Below, one piece after another: positions 47,954-55,770 of a DNA stretch of 64,000 bases. The notes beneath the pieces were generated by a model. It did not search any database. It saw nothing but the letters and a program-made list of their open reading frames with translations, and was not told the origin of the DNA. Source of the stretch: Crocinitomicaceae bacterium (lineage in GTDB: Bacteria; Bacteroidota; Bacteroidia; Flavobacteriales_D; Crocinitomicaceae); NCBI GenBank assembly GCA_017983465.1, contig JAGOBK010000007.1, positions 33,685-97,684 on the forward strand, read 5' to 3'. The translations under genes were made by a program, and so were the position numbers. The number at the start of each line of letters is the position of its first letter. Position 1 is the first letter of the stretch.

Positions 47954-47956
47954 TGT

Positions 47957-50311
47957 TTATTCCAATCCTCGCCAATACTTGAAATGAATCAAGCTGGAAC
48001 TGAGAAAGACAACCGTTATGGAACTAATGGGCATTAAGATTGCCGCCACGATTGGTGATAGGGATGCGGAAATCGCAAAGGAAAGACCGATCAAGTTATA
48101 GGTAATAGAAAATCCGAGGCATACTTTTAACACGACTTTTGCGTACGTAGAAACTTGAAAAAACCGAGCGAGCAAATGAACATGCTTCGCATCTAAAATG
48201 GCATCAGAGGATGGGGTAAAACGAAACATGTCCTCCGATAAGGCAATACCGACATTCGCTGTTCCCAATGCGCCAACATCGTTAAGTCCATCACCCAACA
48301 TGAGGACTTTTTCACCTAATTTCTGTCTTTCTGCAATAAATGCAGCTTTGTCTTTTGGTTCCTGTTTGAAAAAACACTGATCCGCATGGAAGCCGAGTGA
48401 GATTAATTCGGGTAAGTCTTTCTCATCATCTCCTGAGAGGACAAAAATGCGTTTGTCAGTCAATTGTCCTAATACCGAAGAAACGGAAGCGCGAAAAGCA
48501 CTCTTGATGTGAATTTCTTGAATTACTTTTCCATCTTGAGCAAAAAATACGGTACCGTTTTCAGTTGAAGAAGAGACAGCTCCAACAAATGCAGAGCTTC
48601 CCAATTGATAGGATTTCTCATTGTATGTTGCTTGAATACCTTTTCCTTTGTGTTCGATGAAATGAGTGAGTTTTATAACGTGATTTTTGTCCTTCAACTG
48701 TTGATGAATTAATTTGGACAAGGGATGAGTGGAGTGGCTTGATAGCTCTCTCAAAACGTGCCATAATTCCTCGGTCATATTTTCATCTGAGAAATGGACT
48801 TGATGAGCCATTGGATCAGTCAAGGTGCCTGTTTTATCAAAAATGATGGTCGTGATTTCACTGAGTGCTTCTACAACTGTGGTGTTTTTTAAGTATAATC
48901 CATTTTTACCCAGAACACTCAGGGTATTTCCCAAAGTAAAAGGACTCGACAATGCAAGGGCGCAGGGACAAGCAACAATTAAAATGGAAACGATGACCGT
49001 CATGATTTTACTCGGATCGATGAAAGCCCATGTAATACCTGCAACGATGGCCACCATGATCAAAATGAGTAAAAAGTAGCGAGAGATTCGATCTTGGTAT
49101 CGTTCAAGAGTGTTGGATTCTTTTTTATCCTTGGTTTCGTTCCATAATTGGGTTAAATGGCTGCGGTTGGTTTCTGATTTCACCGCCAATTCAATGCTCA
49201 TTCCGATTAACTTTCCACCAGCATAGATCAAATCTCCTTTTTTCTTAGTGACTAAGGCCGATTCACCTGTGACAAAACTAAAGTCAAGTTGTGCTTCATC
49301 TGAAACTAAAATGCTATCACATGGAATGATTTCTTCATTTCTGACTTGAATTCGATCCCCTTCTTTCAGTTGCTCGATGGGAATGATTTCTGACCCTTTT
49401 TCAGAAATACGGTGAATAGCCACCGGAAAATAAGAAGAATAATCGCGGTCAAAGGAAAGCGACTGATACGTTCTATTTTGAAACCATTTTCCAATCAACA
49501 GGAAGAAAATGAATCCGGCAAAGCTATCCATGTATCCAGGTCCTTGCTGTGTGAAAATCTGATAGGTGCTTTGTGCGTAAAGGGCGAGTATTCCTAAGGT
49601 AATTGGTACATCTAAGTTGATGCTTCGACTTCGAACGGCTTTATAAGCGGATAAATAATATTCATTAGCGGAATAAAGAAAAACGGGCAATGACACAATG
49701 AAGGACAAATACGCCGTGAAATTCCGGAAGGATAAATTATCCAAGGTGATGCCAAAATAATCGGGCGCGCTCCAAAGCATGATGCTTCCAAAGGCAAATC
49801 CCGCAAGTCCAATTTTCAATAAAAATGATTTTTGAATCCCTTTTGCTTCTGTTTTTCGTCCAAAATCAGGCTCGTAACCGATGAATTGCAACAAATCGGC
49901 AATTTCGGAAAGGGAAATGGCATTTCGATCAAAAACAATGGTCGCTTCTTTTTTGGCGAAATGCACCTGAGAAGTGAGGACTTGGTTATTTATTTTGGAT
50001 AAATTTTCAAGAAGGTAAATACACGAAGAACAGTGAATGCTTGGTAAGGATAATTTTACACGGGCAATTTTTTCATCTTCGTATTGAATGTAACGAGCGC
50101 GAATTTCAGGAATATCTAAAAATTGGAATTTATCGCTGCGTCCTTTGTTTGGTTTGATTCCAGGTGTTTTCTCAAATTGGTAAAAATCCTTCAGGGAATT
50201 TGAATTCAACAAGGAATAAACGTTGGCGCAACCTTGACAACAAAATTCTTTTTGATCGAGTAGGATGGAAGGAGTTGGAAGGACATCTCCGCAGTGGTAA
50301 CAATTTTCCAT
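47957..50311 (-). CDS. ccoI: copper-translocating P-type ATPase CcoI/FixI
   Basis: 784 aa. N-terminal CYHCG...CCQGC metal-binding domain, HMA CSSC, CPC, DKTGT and GDGLND motifs. Confidence 0.9.
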   Translation of the reverse strand: MENCYHCGDVLPTPSILLDQKEFCCQGCANVYSLLNSNSLKDFYQFEKTPGIKPNKGRSDKFQFLDIPEIRARYIQYEDEKIARVKLSLPSIHCSSCIYLLENLSKINNQVLTSQVHFAKKEATIVFDRNAISLSEIADLLQFIGYEPDFGRKTEAKGIQKSFLLKIGLAGFAFGSIMLWSAPDYFGITLDNLSFRNFTAYLSFIVSLPVFLYSANEYYLSAYKAVRSRSINLDVPITLGILALYAQSTYQIFTQQGPGYMDSFAGFIFFLLIGKWFQNRTYQSLSFDRDYSSYFPVAIHRISEKGSEIIPIEQLKEGDRIQVRNEEIIPCDSILVSDEAQLDFSFVTGESALVTKKKGDLIYAGGKLIGMSIELAVKSETNRSHLTQLWNETKDKKESNTLERYQDRISRYFLLILIMVAIVAGITWAFIDPSKIMTVIVSILIVACPCALALSSPFTLGNTLSVLGKNGLYLKNTTVVEALSEITTIIFDKTGTLTDPMAHQVHFSDENMTEELWHVLRELSSHSTHPLSKLIHQQLKDKNHVIKLTHFIEHKGKGIQATYNEKSYQLGSSAFVGAVSSSTENGTVFFAQDGKVIQEIHIKSAFRASVSSVLGQLTDKRIFVLSGDDEKDLPELISLGFHADQCFFKQEPKDKAAFIAERQKLGEKVLMLGDGLNDVGALGTANVGIALSEDMFRFTPSSDAILDAKHVHLLARFFQVSTYAKVVLKVCLGFSITYNLIGLSFAISASLSPIVAAILMPISSITVVFLSSSLIHFKYWRGLE

Positions 50312-50313
50312 AG

Positions 50314-51681
50314 TTAGATGGTTGCTGAAAACAAGGGTTTTCCTCCTTGGTATTTATGTAAATCTAGGTCAAAAGCCATGCAGATATTTCGTACAAACGG
50401 ATAACCTTTTTCGGTCACCGTAACGGTTGATCCATTCACGGTCACAAGTCCGTCTTCGACTAATGGTTTGAGCTTTTCTCGAATGAAATCATGCGTATCA
50501 GTATGTTTTGATTCTGCTACAAAGGATGTTTCGAAATGACACATCAAATCCAAAATGTAAGAACGGATTTCCAGTTCTAATTCATTAAGAAGGTGTCCGC
50601 GAAAAACAGCTAATTCTCCACGATTGATTTGTTCCTGATACGACTCGACAGTCTTGTCATTTTGTGCAAATCCAGTCCAGCTGTCTGAAATCGCAGACAT
50701 TCCCAGTCCGAGTAAGAACTTCGTCGTTTGAGTCGTATATCCCATGAAATTGCGGTGCAAACGTTTTTCATGAAATGCTTGTGCTAATTTGTCGCTTGGT
50801 AAGGCGAAATGATCCATTCCAATCGCCACGTATCCACTAGAAATCAATTTTTCACAGGCCAACTCATACAGCGCACGTTTTTCGCTGTCCTGAGGTAAAT
50901 CCTTCTCATCGTATCCGCGTTGTCCAGTACCTTTAATCCATGGGACATGCGCATACCCGTAAAGTGCAATGCGTTCAGGATGAAATTGAATGGTATAATC
51001 AATGGTTTGCTCAAATCCTTCTAGACTTTGGTGGGGCAATCCGTAGACCAGGTCATGGTTGACGGAAACATATCCAATTCTTTTCGAATGAGCATGGACC
51101 GCTTGAATTTCTTCAAATGTCTGCATGCGGTGAATCGCTTTTTGAACGATTGGGTTGTAATCCTGAATACCAAAACTCACACGTCTAAAACCAAAGTCAT
51201 AGAGTGTTTGTAAGTGTAATTCACTTGTTGAATTCGGATGTGCTTCGAAACTTAAATCACAGAGAATTGGATCAATTTTATTCGTTTGAAAAATCCCCTT
51301 CAATAAACGCACTAATTCCGTTGGATGAAAAAAGGTTGGAGTCCCACCGCCAAAATGCAATTCAGAAATATGGATGTCTTTTGGCAAGTGTTTTTTGTAC
51401 AAATTCCATTCTTTTAAGACCGCATCGATGTACGGTGATTCTACTTCATGGTTTTTGGTGATGCGTTTATGGCAACCGCAAAAAGTACAAAGTGACTCGC
51501 AAAATGGTAAATGGATATAAATGCCGATAGATGAATCTGGAAATTCTCGGAAAGCATGCTTCAATTCTGTTAACCATTCGCTCGAATTCAGCTGGTCTTT
51601 TTTCCAAAATGGGACCGTTGGATAGGAAGTATACCTTGGTCCGGGAACATTGTATTTTTGAATTAACGCTTTGGCATCCAT
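50314..51681 (-). CDS. hemN: oxygen-independent coproporphyrinogen III oxidase (radical SAM)
   Basis: Start re-set to MDAKALIQKYNVPGPRYTSYPT. CESLCTFCGC cluster. 455 aa. Confidence 0.9.
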   Translation of the reverse strand: MDAKALIQKYNVPGPRYTSYPTVPFWKKDQLNSSEWLTELKHAFREFPDSSIGIYIHLPFCESLCTFCGCHKRITKNHEVESPYIDAVLKEWNLYKKHLPKDIHISELHFGGGTPTFFHPTELVRLLKGIFQTNKIDPILCDLSFEAHPNSTSELHLQTLYDFGFRRVSFGIQDYNPIVQKAIHRMQTFEEIQAVHAHSKRIGYVSVNHDLVYGLPHQSLEGFEQTIDYTIQFHPERIALYGYAHVPWIKGTGQRGYDEKDLPQDSEKRALYELACEKLISSGYVAIGMDHFALPSDKLAQAFHEKRLHRNFMGYTTQTTKFLLGLGMSAISDSWTGFAQNDKTVESYQEQINRGELAVFRGHLLNELELEIRSYILDLMCHFETSFVAESKHTDTHDFIREKLKPLVEDGLVTVNGSTVTVTEKGYPFVRNICMAFDLDLHKYQGGKPLFSATI

Positions 51682-51685
51682 AGGA

Positions 51686-51693
51686 CAAAAGTA
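51686..51693 (-). promoter_or_regulatory. -7 promoter box TACTTTTG (hemN)
   Basis: TAnnTTTG match 4 nt upstream of ATG 51681. Identical octamer and spacing to purT. Confidence 0.5.
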
Positions 51694-51716
51694 AAGGCTG
51701 TAAATTGTTGAAAAAA

Positions 51717-51728
51717 TGACCTTTATCA
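51717..51728. promoter_or_regulatory. FNR/CRP-type palindrome TGAC-CTTT-ATCA
   Basis: Seven of eight core positions of TGAT-N4-ATCA. The centre is 41.5 nt upstream of the hemN ATG and 36.5 nt from the end of the -7 box. Confidence 0.5.
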
Positions 51729-51754
51729 TATTTCAAAAAATCACTTAAAATCCG

Positions 51755-51762
51755 TACATTTG
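51755..51762 (+). promoter_or_regulatory. -7 promoter box TACATTTG (fnr-like gene)
   Basis: TAnnTTTG match 19 nt upstream of ATG 51782. Confidence 0.4.
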
Positions 51763-51781
51763 ATAGACAAAATCCAATCTA

Positions 51782-52471
51782 ATGCTCGAAAAATCACACA
51801 AACATATCACTTGTTCGACCTGTGTTGGAAGAAAAAATTCACTATTAGGATCGTTGTGCAACGAAGAGATGGACCATGTCAACGCGCACAAGGCTTGTAA
51901 TTACTACAAAAAACACCAATCTCTGTTTTTAGAAGGTTCTTTTCCAAGGGGTGTTTTTTGCATCAATGAGGGAATGGTGAAGGTATTTCAACGTGGAGAC
52001 GAAGGCAAGGAGCAAATCATTCACATTGCAAAATCAGGTGAAATGGTTGGATTTAGATCAATGTTTAGTGAAACGCCTTACCGTGTTGCTGCTGAAACGC
52101 TAGAGGAAAGCAACATTTGTTTTATCAGTAAGGATGATTTTTTAAACATGATGGACTCCAATCCTGTTTTGCGTAATGGAATTATCAAAGAGCTTTCGAA
52201 GGAGTTATCAGATCGAGCAGATTTCATTACCAACATGGCTCAAAAGTCGGTACGTGAACGTCTGGCATTTACCATGATCATCCTCATGGAGATTTATGAA
52301 AAGGAACCAATCAACCTCTCTCGTGAGGATTTAGCTAATTTTGTTGGGACGGCTACAGAAACCTTAATTCGTCTTTTAAAGGACTTTAAAGAAGAAGGAA
52401 TCATCGAAGTTCACACACGAAAAATCAGTGTCCTGAACAAGGAAAAGTTATTTACCATCGCAGGGAAATAG
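51782..52471 (+). CDS. Crp/Fnr-family transcriptional regulator with N-terminal Cys cluster
   Basis: 229 aa. Cys at positions 11, 14, 26 and 39. cNMP-binding-like barrel. C-terminal HTH (REDLANFVGTATETLIRLL). Confidence 0.8.
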   Translation: MLEKSHKHITCSTCVGRKNSLLGSLCNEEMDHVNAHKACNYYKKHQSLFLEGSFPRGVFCINEGMVKVFQRGDEGKEQIIHIAKSGEMVGFRSMFSETPYRVAAETLEESNICFISKDDFLNMMDSNPVLRNGIIKELSKELSDRADFITNMAQKSVRERLAFTMIILMEIYEKEPINLSREDLANFVGTATETLIRLLKDFKEEGIIEVHTRKISVLNKEKLFTIAGK

Positions 52472-52473
52472 TT

Positions 52474-53031
52474 CTATTTCTCACAAATAAAATAAAAGTT
52501 TTCCAGTAGGATATTTCCATAGTTGCCTGATACTTCGGGGTGGAATTGTACACCGAAAATAGGTTTCGTCTCGTGCTGCATGCATTCATTAATGCAGGCA
52601 TCTGACGCAGCCATTAGTTTGAATTGAGGTGGAATAGTGATGTGTTCACAGTGATCTTCCATCATTTCAAAACAATCAGGAAGGCGATTGAAAAAAGGCG
52701 ATTCCTCGATGATTTCTATTTCTTGCCAATCCCGGTCCTCACGCATTTTTGCTCCTTTTGCTCCCCAAAGTAAGCCCAGTAATTGATGTCCAAAACAGAT
52801 GCCTAAAATTGGCTTTTGAAAGGATTTCAACCAACTGACATGTTCCAGATACTTGGACATGTCAATATCAGTAATTAATAAAGGTGCACCTGAAAAAACG
52901 ATCCCGATGCAGTCCAGGGCCATTTCTTCGGTTAAATCATGGAAACCAATGCTTTTCGTGTCGCAAAACTCTTCAAAAGCCGAAACTATTTGAGGGGTTT
53001 TTGAACTACCACAATCGACAATCAACATCAT
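52474..53031 (-). CDS. class I glutamine amidotransferase-like protein
   Basis: Start re-set to MMLIVDCG (ATGA overlap with the upstream stop). Nucleophile elbow GICFGHQLL and FHPE. Confidence 0.7.
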   Translation of the reverse strand: MMLIVDCGSSKTPQIVSAFEEFCDTKSIGFHDLTEEMALDCIGIVFSGAPLLITDIDMSKYLEHVSWLKSFQKPILGICFGHQLLGLLWGAKGAKMREDRDWQEIEIIEESPFFNRLPDCFEMMEDHCEHITIPPQFKLMAASDACINECMQHETKPIFGVQFHPEVSGNYGNILLENFYFICEK

Positions 53032-54137
53032 TTTTGGCGGGAAAAAGTACACACAAGTGCACGGTGATCACTCAATTCCTCTTTTTGAATCTTAAATCCA
53101 CTCGTTATTAGTCGTGGGTCATAAAATAGGTAATCAATTCTTCCTGCAGGAAGTCTACCGATGTACGTTGATCCAATTCCACTGCTTGTTTGACGAAAAG
53201 CATCCTTCAAGAATCGATTGAACTGATTGTAGGTATAGGACATTGGTGTGTCGTTAAAGTCCCCACAAACGATCACCGGATAAGGAGAGGTTTTGATGTG
53301 TTCTACTACACGTCGTGCTTGTTCTGCACGTTTCAGATAAGCCAGTCGTAATTTGGAAAAGACACTGCGTAGCGCGCGCTCACTCGCCATTCCTTCCTCG
53401 TCCGTCGCTGCCTCGATATTTGGTTCGGTGTGCAAGCGAATGGACTGCAGGTGAACATTGTAAACACGAAAGGTATCTTGATTTTTGATGATATCAGCGT
53501 ATATGCAGTAGTTGAAGTCATTACTTCCTTGTGATTCAAACATGACATCCCCTTTCGAAATTATCGGATACTTCGAAAACATAGCGATGCCATAATTTTG
53601 ACGCGTACTGCGTTTGTGGGCGCTGCGCTCGTGGTAATTACGATTGCCCATAATGGAAAACAAAGAATCGACCACTTCGAAATCTGTGGGTTTATCCTGG
53701 CGGTAATATTCCTGCAAGCAAAGCACATCCGGATCCGTACGACGGATATAGTCGAAAATTTTGTTGCGATTTTCAATGGATTTGGTAAAGGATGGGTTGA
53801 ATAAATCAAACAAACGAACATTGTACGTTAGTACCTTCATTCCTTTTGAATCTGCTGTTGGATTACTGGAGAAAGCTAAGCTTCTAAAGTGCATTTTTCC
53901 TCCTAGTCCTAAAACGATGAGTGTGTAAATTGCCCATTTGGAGCGAGCGAGTCCCCAAAGGAGAAGCCAACCAAGATTAATCCCCAATAAAACGGGATAG
54001 AGTAATCCGAAAAAAGGTAAAATCGATAACGTTTTCGGGTGAATGAACGGTGCTAAGTAGCACAAAATCATAGCGCCAAAGCTGATCAAGCTGGCCACTT
54101 TGAAAATGGAAGAAAAACGAAAAAGTCTTTGTAGCAT
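53028..54137 (-). CDS. membrane-anchored endonuclease/exonuclease/phosphatase (EEP) family protein
   Basis: 369 aa. About 3 N-terminal TM helices. VLTYNV, CLQE, GDFND and SDHRAL motifs. Confidence 0.75.
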   Translation of the reverse strand: MLQRLFRFSSIFKVASLISFGAMILCYLAPFIHPKTLSILPFFGLLYPVLLGINLGWLLLWGLARSKWAIYTLIVLGLGGKMHFRSLAFSSNPTADSKGMKVLTYNVRLFDLFNPSFTKSIENRNKIFDYIRRTDPDVLCLQEYYRQDKPTDFEVVDSLFSIMGNRNYHERSAHKRSTRQNYGIAMFSKYPIISKGDVMFESQGSNDFNYCIYADIIKNQDTFRVYNVHLQSIRLHTEPNIEAATDEEGMASERALRSVFSKLRLAYLKRAEQARRVVEHIKTSPYPVIVCGDFNDTPMSYTYNQFNRFLKDAFRQTSSGIGSTYIGRLPAGRIDYLFYDPRLITSGFKIQKEELSDHRALVCTFSRQK

Positions 54138-54138
54138 C

Positions 54139-55032
54139 TTAGCTGTTTTTACTTTGATGAAACAAGAAATCTTTCTCTGTTTTACTCAGCGAATCATAGC
54201 CGGATTTGGAGATTTTATCCAAAATCTGGTCCATTTTCACCTGTTTTTGACGTTTTTCGGTATTAAATTCCTCATCCGTCTTAAATCGTGTCCGTGTGGA
54301 CTTTGCCTTTTTTTCACGTTTAAAAACTGTTTTGAAGCGCGATAGTAGGCCATCAATTTTGTTTAAAATGTTTTTCGGGGAATGTAGGTTTTGTATGGAC
54401 AATAATCCAAAAATGGCACCACCCAAATGGGCGAAGTGGGCGATTTGATCATCCGTACCAATATTGATCAAGTCCTTGAATAAAAAGAACAAAGCCAAGA
54501 AGTAAATACGGATTGGAAAAATGCCAAATAAGTTGACTTGTAGATTCGGTTGATAGAAAGCCAGTGCAGTAAAAATGGCCATGATGGAACCGGAAGCTCC
54601 GAGAATAACGACATTTGTCCCTTGCAATGCGGGAAAAAGATTATTGGCTAAAAGTTCCAATATCCCACCAGCAATTCCTCCGAATAAATAGGTCAACCAC
54701 AACTTTTTTCTACTGAAGTATTGTTCGAAAAATCGTCCCGAAAAATAGAGAAACAACATGTTGAACAATAAATGTCCAAATTGTTCATGCGTAAAGATAC
54801 TGGTTACGAGTCCCCATGGCGCACGTATAAATGCTGAAAATGAACTATTTAAGTCAAATAATTGATGAATCCATCCATCGCTCATTAATGGATCGATGTT
54901 GAAAAGCAATAAACTCTTTTTGATCAATAGTAGCGATAGAAAAACACAGACATTGACGATAATCAAGCGATTAGTCATTGTCCCGGAACGCAATTGGAAC
55001 CTTAGTTCATCTATGAAATTTCTACCTTGCAT
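54139..55032 (-). CDS. rhomboid-family intramembrane serine protease
   Basis: 297 aa. HLLFNM, GASGSI and AHLGGAIFG catalytic motifs. Charged C-terminal tail. Confidence 0.8.
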   Translation of the reverse strand: MQGRNFIDELRFQLRSGTMTNRLIIVNVCVFLSLLLIKKSLLLFNIDPLMSDGWIHQLFDLNSSFSAFIRAPWGLVTSIFTHEQFGHLLFNMLFLYFSGRFFEQYFSRKKLWLTYLFGGIAGGILELLANNLFPALQGTNVVILGASGSIMAIFTALAFYQPNLQVNLFGIFPIRIYFLALFFLFKDLINIGTDDQIAHFAHLGGAIFGLLSIQNLHSPKNILNKIDGLLSRFKTVFKREKKAKSTRTRFKTDEEFNTEKRQKQVKMDQILDKISKSGYDSLSKTEKDFLFHQSKNS

Positions 55033-55767
55033 TTACCAAAAGTTTGATCGGTCCGCTTTTCTCCAAAACAGGACAATGATTGCTCCTACGATTGCTCCAC
55101 CGACATGTGCTAAATGAGCCGTGCTGTCGTTTGCGTTATTCTGAAAAGAAAGGTAAACTTCGATCAAGAAATAAGCAGCGACGAAGTATTTCGCTTTTAC
55201 TGGAATGGCAAAATAAAGTCGAAACTCCGTATTTGGAAAAAGAATCGCGAAGGCCGCCATCACACCAAAAATTGCTCCTGATGCTCCAACCATTGGCGTG
55301 AACGATTGTTGCGCGTATCCGATAACGGCAGAGCTGTTAGTTGCAAGTAATGCGTCTCGGTCATTGTTCAAGATCAGTTGATTGATTTCTGAAATACTGA
55401 ATCCTTGGTCAATGATCATTGCTTTGAATTCCATTACTTCCATGACACCCATGATGTTATACAGGGCAAATGCGCCAAGTGCAGTGGAAATATAGAAAAT
55501 GAAAAAGCGTTTTGGTCCCCAAATATGTTCTAAGTATGCGCCTAAAATCGCAAAGAGGTACATGTTGAAGAGTATGTGAAAAAATCCACCATGCATAAAG
55601 AAATGCGTGACAATTTGAAAGGGTTTAAATAGCGGAGTATTCACGATGTGCGCTCCAAGACTATCGGTTAAGTCAATTCCTTGTGTTTGAAGCACCACGG
55701 TCGCTAAAAAGAACATGATGTTCAGTAGGATGATGTTTTTCGTTACTTGAGGAAGGTTGTTTAACAT
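55033..55767 (-). CDS. rhomboid-family intramembrane serine protease
   Basis: 244 aa. HILFNM, GASGAIFG and AHVGGAIVG motifs. Confidence 0.8.
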   Translation of the reverse strand: MLNNLPQVTKNIILLNIMFFLATVVLQTQGIDLTDSLGAHIVNTPLFKPFQIVTHFFMHGGFFHILFNMYLFAILGAYLEHIWGPKRFFIFYISTALGAFALYNIMGVMEVMEFKAMIIDQGFSISEINQLILNNDRDALLATNSSAVIGYAQQSFTPMVGASGAIFGVMAAFAILFPNTEFRLYFAIPVKAKYFVAAYFLIEVYLSFQNNANDSTAHLAHVGGAIVGAIIVLFWRKADRSNFW

Positions 55768-55770
55768 AGC

